A stretch of 18,375 nt of DNA from Geosiphon pyriformis uo1 (Eukaryota; Fungi; Glomeromycota), in contig JAAOMT010000731.1 in NCBI GenBank assembly GCA_016748015.1, positions 57,699 through 76,073 of the forward strand, in the 5' to 3' direction. The position numbers and the translations under genes are program-made. The notes under the pieces were generated by a model. It made no database searches and was not told the origin of the DNA. It saw only the letters and a list, made by a program, of their open reading frames with translations. This document shows positions 9,178-18,375 of this stretch, in pieces. Each line of letters opens with the position of its first letter. The first letter of the stretch is position 1.

Positions 9178-9897
9178 ATGACTATTCCTCAAAACATTCA
9201 ACAATTATTCCAAAAACTAATGTTAGCTTTAAAAACAATACCTGAATTATCTATTATTGTTACTGGAAACCACATTAATTATACCCAAACAGAAGTAGTT
9301 ACAAATTTAGCCTCAAACTCACGAAAATATCATCCATATAAAAAGAACATAAGAAGTTATACTGAAATTCACCTGCCAGAACTTTTAAAGCTTGCTTTAA
9401 GAGAAAACCTAATGCTCACTCCGATTAGTATTCCACCAAATGCTACAATTCAACAAAAACTTCAACTGTGTCTCAATGAGAAAAACACTGAATATTCTCC
9501 AATCTATAAATATTTTCACATTGGAAAAACACTCTACAAACGGAAACTGGAACTTACAACAGCAAACCTCACAAAAAAAGCTATTCAGAAACAACTCCAC
9601 AATGAATTCAAGACAACGGCTGGATCAACAAACAGTTGCTACAGGCTTAGAGCCGTTCTTAGACTTTATGACCTATTCCACACCTGTGAAAACATACTAC
9701 AAAACCTGATTTTTCAACCTTTGAAGATTCAATACATTGGAAAGCTCACAGAACTGAAATTTCAACAATTTTCAGACCAAATTTCTTCAATAATTTTGGA
9801 TTATTATCTGGAAAAAACAGACAGTACTTGGACTTCGACAGAACTCAGTCTTGAGGAGGAGGTTATGTTACCAGATAAAATTAGAGATATTATTTAG
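9178..9897 (+). CDS. Extra ORF in the env position; 239-aa soluble protein of unknown function
   Basis: ATG at 9178 with no stops, on the sense strand in a different frame from pol. It reads through the PPT (GAG GAG GAG = EEE) and stops 32 nt inside the 3' LTR. No obvious signal peptide or TM helix. Confidence 0.75.
   Translation: MTIPQNIQQLFQKLMLALKTIPELSIIVTGNHINYTQTEVVTNLASNSRKYHPYKKNIRSYTEIHLPELLKLALRENLMLTPISIPPNATIQQKLQLCLNEKNTEYSPIYKYFHIGKTLYKRKLELTTANLTKKAIQKQLHNEFKTTAGSTNSCYRLRAVLRLYDLFHTCENILQNLIFQPLKIQYIGKLTELKFQQFSDQISSIILDYYLEKTDSTWTSTELSLEEEVMLPDKIRDII
9853..9862 (+). other. Polypurine tract (GAGGAGGAGG)
   Basis: Purine run ending 3 nt before the TG of the 3' LTR. Confidence 0.88.
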
Positions 9898-10845
9898 CAT
9901 AAAATTATCTTATAATTCCTATTATCAATTAGCATATATTATTGTTTTAAATGATCACTTATTATATTAGCAAAAATGTCCGAAATTATCATTTTATTAA
10001 TAACCCAAATTGTACACAACACCAATGTAACCTAATTGCAATGATCAATCATGCAATACCCTGAACTATGTAACATTCAAAAAGTTCACCAAAATTTGTA
10101 GAAATTTGCCAAAATAATTGATAGTTTACTGAAATATCTAATAGTTTGCCGAAATAACTTATAGTTTGCCAAAATATATCTTTAATTCAGCAAAATTGTA
10201 GAAAATAGCAAAGTTCGAGTTCATAGAATAGTGTTACGACAAGTTGTATAAAAGAAGAGCTTCTTTTTTCAAGAAAATGTATCTTACTTTAGATTTATCA
10301 CTTAGAACCATTTCTATACACACAAAAAGAAATAAATACCAAATAATTTGAAAAACCAAATTCTTTAATTATTGCCCTTGAAAAATCCCCAAAAACCAAC
10401 TAACATTTCGAAATTGATTAACTACCAATTTCAGTAAACTGTTAGTGACTCCAGGCCTGGATAGAAAACGTTTCTCTTGATAAAATCCTATTTCTTTTAC
10501 ACTTCTTTTATTCTTCTTTCTTTTCTTATTGCAATCATTAGGGTAGCCTACAGACGAGATTCCTGTAGAAGAGTTGACTTTCACAGCAAAGTAACTACAC
10601 ATTTTTAGTGAGCTTCCAGATGAGCAATTCCTGGAAAAGAGTTGACATTTACTACAACGTAACTACATAAAGCAACTGGCATGGAATTGGCCATTCCACT
10701 CATAAGCTCAGCAAGTTTAAATTATAGGAGATAATTTGAAGATAAATTCAGTTACTGGAGATTCAACCACATCCAGAAAACGTGAATTCACAACAAATAA
10801 ATATCAACAACATTACAGAAAAGAGACCAAAAACCTCCGGTAACA
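9866..10845 (+). repeat. 3' LTR (980 bp)
   Basis: Direct repeat of 852-1831; runs TGTTACCAGA...TCCGGTAACA and is followed by ACAT. Confidence 0.97.
10331..10336 (+). terminator. Candidate polyadenylation signal AATAAA in the 3' LTR (copy at 1317-1322)
   Basis: Hexamer ~80 bp downstream of the TATA-like box. It is weak evidence in DNA this AT-rich. Confidence 0.35.
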
Positions 10846-10849
10846 ACAT
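10846..10849 (+). repeat. Right 4-bp target-site duplication (ACAT)
   Basis: Identical to 848-851. Confidence 0.9.
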
Positions 10850-11119
10850 ATATAAAGTAATAGTGACTTTGTTTATGTATTCAACAGCCATATAAAAATT
10901 AGGATGCCAAACTGAAACAGTATATTTCCAATTAATATTATTAACATACAAAAGATTCATAACATCAAAGTTCAATTTAACTTTTTATTGAAAATATTTT
11001 ATAGTATTATTTATAGTTCTAATAAAATAATAAATATTATTAGATATTATTTTATTATTAGCTATTAGAAAAAAATTTTTAATATTTACTAAAAAAACAA
11101 TTCTTAAAAAGATAGTTCA

Positions 11120-11510
11120 ATCTGCCAACTTATTAGCATGTTTATTGTTTAATACATTCAAATAACTTTTTATCTTGGTTTAATTTACAGAAATATTTTT
11201 ATTTTTGACCAAATTATTAATATAATAATGTTTTATTTAATATTTGTTGTAAAAATTAGATGTCACTAATTTTAATTTAGCTTAATATGTATTCAAAAAA
11301 GCCTAAATGTTAGAATAGTTGTAACTTTGAATAAAATTGAAACACACTTAAAAATTAGAGCAATAGTTTATATTTTAGCCAAAATCAAAGACAACAATTC
11401 ATTAATTTTAATATCTGTATACAAACTCAGATCAGAAAAATAAACAGTTATATTATTTATAACACCAAAAAACCAAAGTTTTTAATTAAACTATCAGTGT
11501 AAATTGAGAT
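11120..11510 (-). pseudogene. Relic RNase HI domain of the LINE ORF2
   Basis: ISIYTDSL (YTDGS), LAKI*TIALIF (AE..AI..AL), SNI*A (DSQA position), *TKIKSYLNVLNNKHANKLA (W.KVKGHSG..GNE.AD.LA). All four motifs occur in the correct order and spacing; most differences from the consensus are G>A/C>T changes. Confidence 0.8.
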
Positions 11511-12234
11511 TTTAAGCAAAAATACATTTCTTAAATTAGAACAAATAATATTAAAATTATATATATTAATTATACTTATCTTAAAAAAGTGGTTAGAAAC
11601 AGATAAAAAATTTTAGACTAAACTAAATCTATATAAACCAAGAGAAACTAAACTTTCAGATCCAATTATTTTTACTGACAAAAATTTTTTCAAAAAAAAT
11701 ATTCTTTATAACTATTCAAAAATTAGTTAGCAAAAATAACACCAAAGTATTTTAAAAATTTATAAATTCGAAAATAATCTATCTGATTCAAAATATTTAA
11801 AATAGAAATGTTATATTTAAAATAAAAAGCATTGAGTAAATTAATAAACAAAAATATATTGTGCAATAAAATTTTAGTAATATAAGCCAAAAAATTGTTT
11901 ATAGAATTGATTTTTAACTTGATAAAAAACTGAAAAAAATTTTGAGAAATTTAACTTAAGATCTGTAAATCCAATAATCTGTGTTTAAAAAGCTAGCTAA
12001 AAATATTTTTAGTATTAGCAAAATTTATTTTTTATTAAAAAACTTTAAATTATATAAAGATAAATAATATATAGCTTTGTTAAAAAAGTCTTTAAACAAA
12101 CTGGCTTTAGACTTTAATATTTTTTAGTTAAACAATCTTACTTATTATATATACTTTTACTAATAAAACTAAGCTGTATTTTGTGTTTAAAAATAGGCTA
12201 TAAAATAGCTGTCTCTTATACACAATGTTAATTG

Positions 12235-12500
12235 ACAATTTTTAATATTTTGTATATATGTTTAGTAATATTATTGTTAATTATTACTACAATACCAAAA
12301 CTTAGATAATAAAAGTTGACTTTCGAAGTAAAAACTTTAATTTCTTCAAATTTACTTATAATTTAAGAACAAATCTTATTTTTAGTTTTGTTTTTGTTAT
12401 AATAAATACAGAATTGCTTTTATCTTTATATTAGCAAATAATATTCTGTTGCTTAGCAGAATTGTTTATCTTTTTAATATTATATGTAGTAATTTTTCAA
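12235..12500 (-). pseudogene. Relic N-terminus of the LINE AP endonuclease
   Basis: *KITTYNIKKINNSAKQ (I.T.NVRG.N...K), IITKTKL (ET motif), FGIVVII (GVA motif). It begins directly after ORF1. Confidence 0.65.
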
Positions 12501-12519
12501 ATAAAACTGGTTATTAAAA

Positions 12520-14030
12520 AAAACAAAAACCTGAAACCAAACCAAAATTGTTTACTTTGGTTAAAAGTCTTAAAATCATATCCAATAATTTTTTTATATT
12601 ATTTTTTAATTTCAAAAAACTTGATAAATTTAAAAACACTGCTTCCATAACAGTTTTATTGTTAGAAACTATATCTGAATTCTTATTTATCATTATATTT
12701 ATTTTTTAATTTTGAAATAAAAAAGTTATTAATAACTAATATCCAAAATTAAACTGAAAAATTATTGGCTTAAGTGTATTTAACTTCTTAGTCAACTGAT
12801 TAATTTGCTTTATAAAACCAGCAAGACTGTCCTCAAAAACAGTAAACTTATTATTTATTTCTAATATAACTGGTAGAAAAAACTTTACTTTTATAGAAAA
12901 ACCAATTTTTGAAGACTTATTATACAAAAAAAATAAATAAATAAGAAACTACCAACAATTTTGCCCAAAAGACTTTACCAAAAAAAACTAAATGAATAAT
13001 AGAAGCTGAATATTTAGTGTAAATAGTGGTAAGCCTGCTTTTATCTGTTTTTAAAAGAATCTTATAAAAAAAACTACCTAAAAAGACTTTTTTACTATTA
13101 GTATAACTAATTAATATGTAATCTAATCTCTTATACTTAGTATATTTGGCCATATTTAAATAAAACTAATACAGATTGTATTTCTTAAAACTAGTATAGT
13201 ATTTATGATAGTTTTTAGTAAGTTAACAGAATTAAAACAAATTATTATATATTTGGTTTAAGCATATATAACAGAATGAAAATTAATTATACATGTTTTT
13301 CTATTTACAAATCCAATAAAGTCTTAAATATTATGTATATTTGTTTTTATTAACAGTATATAGAACAGTATTTTATTATAGTTTCTTGTGTTTCATGTTT
13401 TTTTGTTTATATCAGCTTTAGCAATTTTTATAGAATTTTTCTTAATTAGGATAGATTATTTTGCTATAATTAAATCAATATAATCAGATTGTTCAAATTC
13501 AATTATAGTTTTCTGTTATATTTTTACTAATTGTATTTTAATTGACACAATTATTTCAAATTCAAATAGCACAGCATATACAGTTTTAATTAATGTTCTA
13601 ATTGGTATTTTTTTAATTATTATAGTTTAATTTAAACATTTAGCAAATTTTCTGATTATTTACTAAGATATTTGCAGTTCTTGTTTTTCTATTGTTTATG
13701 CTAAGTTTAATTCGGAATAAATGATATATAAATAATTTTAACAAATTTTAAAGAAATAGAAATTTCTTCAAAATTATTGATTTCAGAAAACAAATTTCTA
13801 ATTATTTTTAACTTTTTTTAAAAAGACTTTTTTACTATAATATCTAAACTAATATTTAAAATAAAAGATTTTCTAACAGATATATTAACAAGATTTTTTA
13901 AAGAAAAAGACAGAATTACAGAAATATTTAAGAGAACATTATTTTTATCTTTACTTATAAACTTAATATTTTTTAAAGATATGTTTAATGTTTTTTTGGT
14001 CATTAATCTAAGTTTTTTAAATGTCTGGTT
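12520..14030 (-). pseudogene. Relic LINE ORF1 (RRM-like domains, CCHC knuckle, coiled coil)
   Basis: IIKKIPI...FEIIVSIKIQL...KTIIEFE is RRM-like. YTKYKRLDYILISY (13144-13103) has Tyr at positions 1, 4, 9 and 14, the CX2CX4HX4C spacing after TGT>TAT and CAC>TAC. Truncated by the gap at 14031-14050. Confidence 0.7.
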
Positions 14031-14522
14031 NNNNNNNNNNNNNNNNNNNNTTATTAAATTTAAATAAAAAATTATTAAATACTTAAATAAAATAAAAACA
14101 AATAGTTTTTTTAATTTATATTGCTTAATATAAGTTTAAATTATTAATTATATATAAAAAATATGTAAATAATATTTTTTTTACATATTTTAAGTTTTAA
14201 TTAAATTATATTTAATATTGGTTTAATTTTTTCTAATTTTAAAACTTATAATTATTTTTATTTTAAAATAATAAAACGAATTTTGTTCAATATTAAAATA
14301 TATAAAACAATAATAATTTTAATTAAAAATAATTTAATAAATATTACATAATACAATAATTATTAAAAAAATAATTATATTATAAAGTAAAAACTCTTGT
14401 AATTTAACAAAGATGGATTTGTTATCTAAATAGTAAATTTATACTAAATAATTAAAGATCTAAAATGTTATTAACATAAACCAAACATATATTAGGTCAC
14501 ATCTTCTCAAATCATAACAAAT

Positions 14523-16479
14523 ATGCAAAACACCATGGCTAGTGTTAACAAAATCAAACATTAATTAGAAATAGTTATGACCAAGTATAAAAAATATATA
14601 AAAAAGCTGAAAGAAAAAGATAAAAAACTGGGTAAAAAGAAAGTTAAGTTACATGACTTGAAAAAAAATTTGAGACAGAGAAAATACAAGAATAAAAACA
14701 AAAAAAATTGGTAAATAAAGATATCCAAGAGTTAAAAAAACAAAAAAAAAAGTTAAAAAAAGTTAAAAAAAAACTAGAGATAAAAAAGAATGAATAGAAG
14801 GAGGAGCTGCAAAAATAAGCAGAAAAACTATGTACAGCAATAGATAATACAGGTAACAAATTTGTAAATTCTACTTTTTCATTTATACAATCTATATTAC
14901 TATTTATTTATTTTGTAATTATATGTATTTTATAGAGAAATATTTATATCTAAGAAAATATTTGGTGTATAATACTTATTACTTTCTATTTTTTATGATT
15001 ATTTTAAAACATCTTATGAAGTATGCTAGACTTAACATGTCTAACAACACCTTATTATTTTTAGAACTTTTCTGTTATCTTTTCAATAAACCAATCACAT
15101 GTAGCAATTTTGAAAACTGTTTATCTTAAAGTTACTTCAAAAATTGCCAGTTGAACTCTATCTTTGCCAAACCTTAAGAATTATTTTGTACCTATATATT
15201 CAGAAGCTTTTTATAATATTTTTAAATTAAGTGCGATTATCAGTACTATTTTAAACAAGTTTTTCACAGAATGTGCCAGACAAAAATAACTAACTACAGA
15301 TAATATCAATAATCATATTTTGGACATGATTATATTTCTCAGCAAATATATTATAACTTTATTACTAAGCTAGAAATGTAATGGAAAAATACATAATATA
15401 AGTACTATTATATATAAAAGTATTTTGCATAATTTATTACAATGACTTGTTTATAATAATTGGTAAAAAAAAAGATGTTAAAAACAACTGAATAGTTATT
15501 TTAAATTTTAGAATCTACTTGCCTTTAATAACTTACTATTTATTCTAGCTTTTACAGCAAAAAATACACATTTGCAATTTTACTATTATTACATAAATAA
15601 TACAACAGACATAAAACCAAGACATCAGACAATTAGCAAACATTTGGTCCTTAACAGTTCAAATTAAACATACAATTATCAAATACTTAAGTACATAATC
15701 AATTTTTTTTGGATTTTTTGGACTTTGTGTTAAGATTAGTCATCACAGCTCTAATATTGAGGCTATTTAATGATATTCAATAGTCACATTGTGTTGTTAC
15801 AATACTCCTTGATAAGATCATTAAAAAAATAGACAAAACAAGCATTGTTGATTTAAGTTTCTATAAAAATTTTTACCAAAATACACTTTCTGGCTTAGAG
15901 CCAATTAAAATTCATAAGTATTTTCTTACAAATGACTTAATAATAGTACATTTGGCTTCAATTGGCTTTATATTATTTCCAAAATGTAAATATAAACTGT
16001 AAAATACTATATAGTATGTATTTATAATGCTAGAAAAACTTTATAAGATGAATGTTATTTATTAAGATATTTGCTAAAATAATGTTTTAAAACTTCTGAA
16101 TAATAGTTGAATGTTAATTGATTTTGAAAAAACTGCTCTCTTAGGAGCTTCAAGATACAATGATAATAGAATTTTGACTTATAATTAAACATATTTGTTA
16201 ATTATTGCTATTTACTTTACAAAGAGATCATTGGCCATTGGAGCTTCAGAATATAAATTAGAAAAAGACTTTTATAAGACTGCAAAAGATATATAGATGA
16301 TTGAAAATTTTTTCAAACATATTATAATTTACAATTATATTTCATTTTTTTCATTCATTTAACAGTTTAGGGAAAAATTAATAAACAAAAATTCTAATTG
16401 TTGACTGACTGCAAATAATGCTCTAAAAAATGAATGGTTTAATTTGCCAAAGAAGAAATTATATATAATACAAGCTTAG
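14523..16479 (+). pseudogene. Crinkler-like pseudogene: coiled coil, intron, possible REase-like domain and C-terminal protein kinase
   Basis: K/E-rich exon from ATG 14523/14535 and a GT..AG intron candidate at 14853-14935. Relic kinase motifs: VIY*DIC*NNVL (HRDIRWxNV, 16054-16089), *MLIDFE (16108-16128), HWPLEL, DI*MIEN (DxWxxG), NSNC*LTANNALKNEWF (P..R.TA..AL...WF). Confidence 0.7.
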
Positions 16480-17154
16480 ATTTTTAAATTACTGATGTAC
16501 AATTATGTTATACAAATTTTATTATTTGCTTAAATTAATCTTAATTTTTAAATTTGTTATGTTTATCTTTGTTTTTTTATATTTTTGGAATTAAAAAGTA
16601 TTTTATTTTTTTAGCTGTTAATGACTATATTTTTTATTTCGAATTTTTTAAATAATATATTATTTTTTGAATAAAAAATATGCAATGCTTATTTTAATTT
16701 GTAATAATTTTAAGTTTAAAATATTAATATTAATAATTTTATAAAAAAACAAAATTTGATTATGTTTTATTTGTATGTAACCAATTATCTAAATTAGTTA
16801 AAACAATATTATATTTTAAATAATATATATTTTGGCTAATTTATTATATATATTATTAATTAAAAATGTAAAAAAAAATTTATATTATTAATTAAACTTA
16901 AATAATTAAAAAATTGCAATTTTATTCTTTAATTTAATATTATTAAACTTGTTATTTTTGGTATAATTAAATTTATTTTATAAATTATGTTAACTTAAAA
17001 AACTTTTTTTTGTATATATATTATTTAAATAGAAAAATAACAAAATAACAAAATTAATTAATTTTTTATTTTTATGTTTAATAAGTATAATTCAACCACT
17101 ATTTAATATACAAAAACAAACTAAGTAAATATAANNNNNNNNNNNNNNNNNNNN

Positions 17155-17820
17155 TAATCTTGAAACTAAAAACACTGCTTAAAACCAAATTATCTTTAAT
17201 AATTTGTTTAAATACAGTAATCAAAAAGCTAATAAGCTTAACAATTAACCAAACCAATATAAAAAGTTTAGACAAATTAGATTTCAAAAAAAACAACTAA
17301 AAAAACACCAAAAAGTTATCAATAATTACAAAAAAAAACCAAAAGTTATTAGAAATAGAAACCTAAAAAAGCTTAAAAAAGCAAAAGCTTTGACATAAAA
17401 CTTAGCACTCACAAAATGTGCTGTAAACACCTTAGAAATCTTAAAACTCTTGAAAAAAAGAGATAAAAACATCTTATAGTTTACAGTCAGATAATTTATT
17501 TTTTAATACCTAAAATAACATTGACAATCAGAGATTTTCTACTAGATACAGCACTTTTTTAGTATATTAATCTTGATAACTACAGCATCTAAATCAACTT
17601 AAGATCCAAATATAACTAGTGCAAATTGAGAATAATAACCAGAATTAAGAGAATAAAAAATAAAACATGTTTAACTAATAATTTGGAAAATTATGTTACT
17701 GATTTCAAAAGCAGTACAGTCAAAGAGAAAGTTGACCAACTTGGTCTTAAACTTATTACAAGACAAAATAATTTTATTTTGATTTATCAAGAAAAGAATC
17801 TTAATATTATCCTTATTTAC
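17155..17820 (-). pseudogene. Second LINE ORF1 relic fragment
   Basis: KTKLVNF and FALVIFGS*VDLDAV are RRM-like. YFRY*KINYLTVNY (17517-17476) again has the Y1/4/9/14 spacing of an eroded CCHC knuckle. Confidence 0.6.
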
Positions 17821-18375
17821 TAATTTTTTTTAATAATAAAAAGTCTTTTAATTTACAATTAACTTGTATTTATCTAATAACATGTTTTTAAAAACAATAC
17901 TAAAATGTTTTAAAGAGTAAACTATCTTAAAATGATAAAAATATCCCAAAATTTTGGATATTAAAAAGTAGTAAAAACCACAAAATATGCTAAGCAAATT
18001 ATTGATTAAAAAAATCTGATTATTTAGAAAAATTTTCATAATATTTACCAAATAATTGTTCATAGAACAAATTTTTAATTTAACTGAATACTATAATAAG
18101 TTTATAAATATCTATTCTAAAACTTGCAATTTTAAAAAGTAGTGTTTAAATAATTGGCCAAAAATTTCAGTTGTATTAAAAAACCAAACTATTAAAGCTA
18201 TTTTGCTTTCTGCTTGTATCTGTTTAAAAAATTTTAATTTATACAGAAATAAATAGTATAAAGTTTGATTAAAAAAATTTCTGAGCAAATTGGTTTTAAA
18301 TCTAAATCTTTTTCTAATTATAATATTTCATTTTTAATATATACTTTTAAATATAAAATTGAATTGTGTTTAATA
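17821..18375 (-). pseudogene. Second LINE ORF2 relic fragment (post-RT region), running off the window edge
   Basis: Protein-level homology to ~11660-12180 inside this window: FKTNLLRNFFNQTLYYLFLYKLKFF vs SKASLFKDFFNKAIYYLSLYNLKFF, and VKLKICSMNNYL vs IKLKINSINNFL. Confidence 0.7.

Larger units (their letters stand above)
852..10845 (+). mobile_element. Full-length, inactivated Ty3/Gypsy (Metaviridae) LTR retrotransposon; non-chromoviral, with a dUTPase and an extra 3' ORF
   Basis: Two 980-bp direct repeats starting TGTTA and ending TAACA. Flanking ACAT duplication, PBS and PPT. Domain order gag(CCHC)-PR-RT-RNaseH-IN is diagnostic of Ty3/Gypsy. Confidence 0.98.
10850..14030 (-). mobile_element. 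Degenerate, internally deleted LINE-type retrotransposon (ORF1 RRM/CCHC, APE N-terminus, post-RT region, RNase H); host of the LTR insertion
   Basis: Minus-strand translation gives colinear relic motifs in LINE order: ORF1 ~14030-12520, APE start ~12500-12235, post-RT region ~12230-11520, RNase H 11510-11120, then the zinc-finger region continuing at 851. Confidence 0.8.

Noticed and set aside
9178-9897. Calling the 3' ORF env
   Set aside because: It has no signal peptide, transmembrane anchor or fusion-peptide-like segment, and it is short for a fusion glycoprotein.
852-10845. Classical CpA-type RIP as the cause of inactivation
   Set aside because: About half of the LTR differences involve CpG, and the element still has abundant CpA (CAA-rich).
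10763-10975. 70-aa minus-strand ORF as a real gene
   Set aside because: It is a chimera of LINE ORF2 relic sequence reading into the LTR end.
13103-13153. RLDYILIS as an AP-endonuclease 'IDYI' motif
   Set aside because: Its position after the RRM-like segments and the Y1/4/9/14 spacing fit an eroded CCHC knuckle better, and no SDH motif follows.
14051-14400. Extremely AT-rich tract (with 16500-17130) as possible terminal repeats around the kinase pseudogene
   Set aside because: I could not see a convincing inverted or direct repeat above low-complexity background by eye; a self dot-plot is needed.
14644-14859. Phe-rich, membrane-like minus-strand ORF
   Set aside because: It is the antisense of the A-rich Lys/Glu coiled-coil exon.

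Overview
AT-rich eukaryotic DNA, probably fungal; a Glomeromycotina-like host is my inference from the gene types and base composition. The window is almost entirely nested transposon and pseudogene sequence. (1) A structurally complete 9,994-bp Ty3/Gypsy LTR retrotransposon (852-10845) has two 980-bp TG...CA LTRs (32 substitutions by manual count, 31 of them transitions, no indels), a 4-bp ACAT target-site duplication, an 18-nt tRNA-type PBS and a PPT. Its gag-PR-RT-RH-IN frame carries 13 in-frame stops and no visible frameshift. It has no chromodomain but carries unusual cargo: a Met-free ~245-aa Gag N-terminal extension, a ~300-aa Cys-rich insert and a dUTPase between PR and RT, an integrase that may be translated separately, and an intact 239-aa ORF of unknown function in the env position. 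(2) This element sits inside an older minus-strand non-LTR (LINE-type) relic (227-14030) eroded by C>T/G>A changes; the relic's reading frame rejoins across the TSD. (3) A Crinkler-like coiled-coil/kinase pseudogene lies at ~14523-16479, and more LINE fragments at ~17155-18375. There are three N gaps. No RNA genes or CRISPR arrays are supported.
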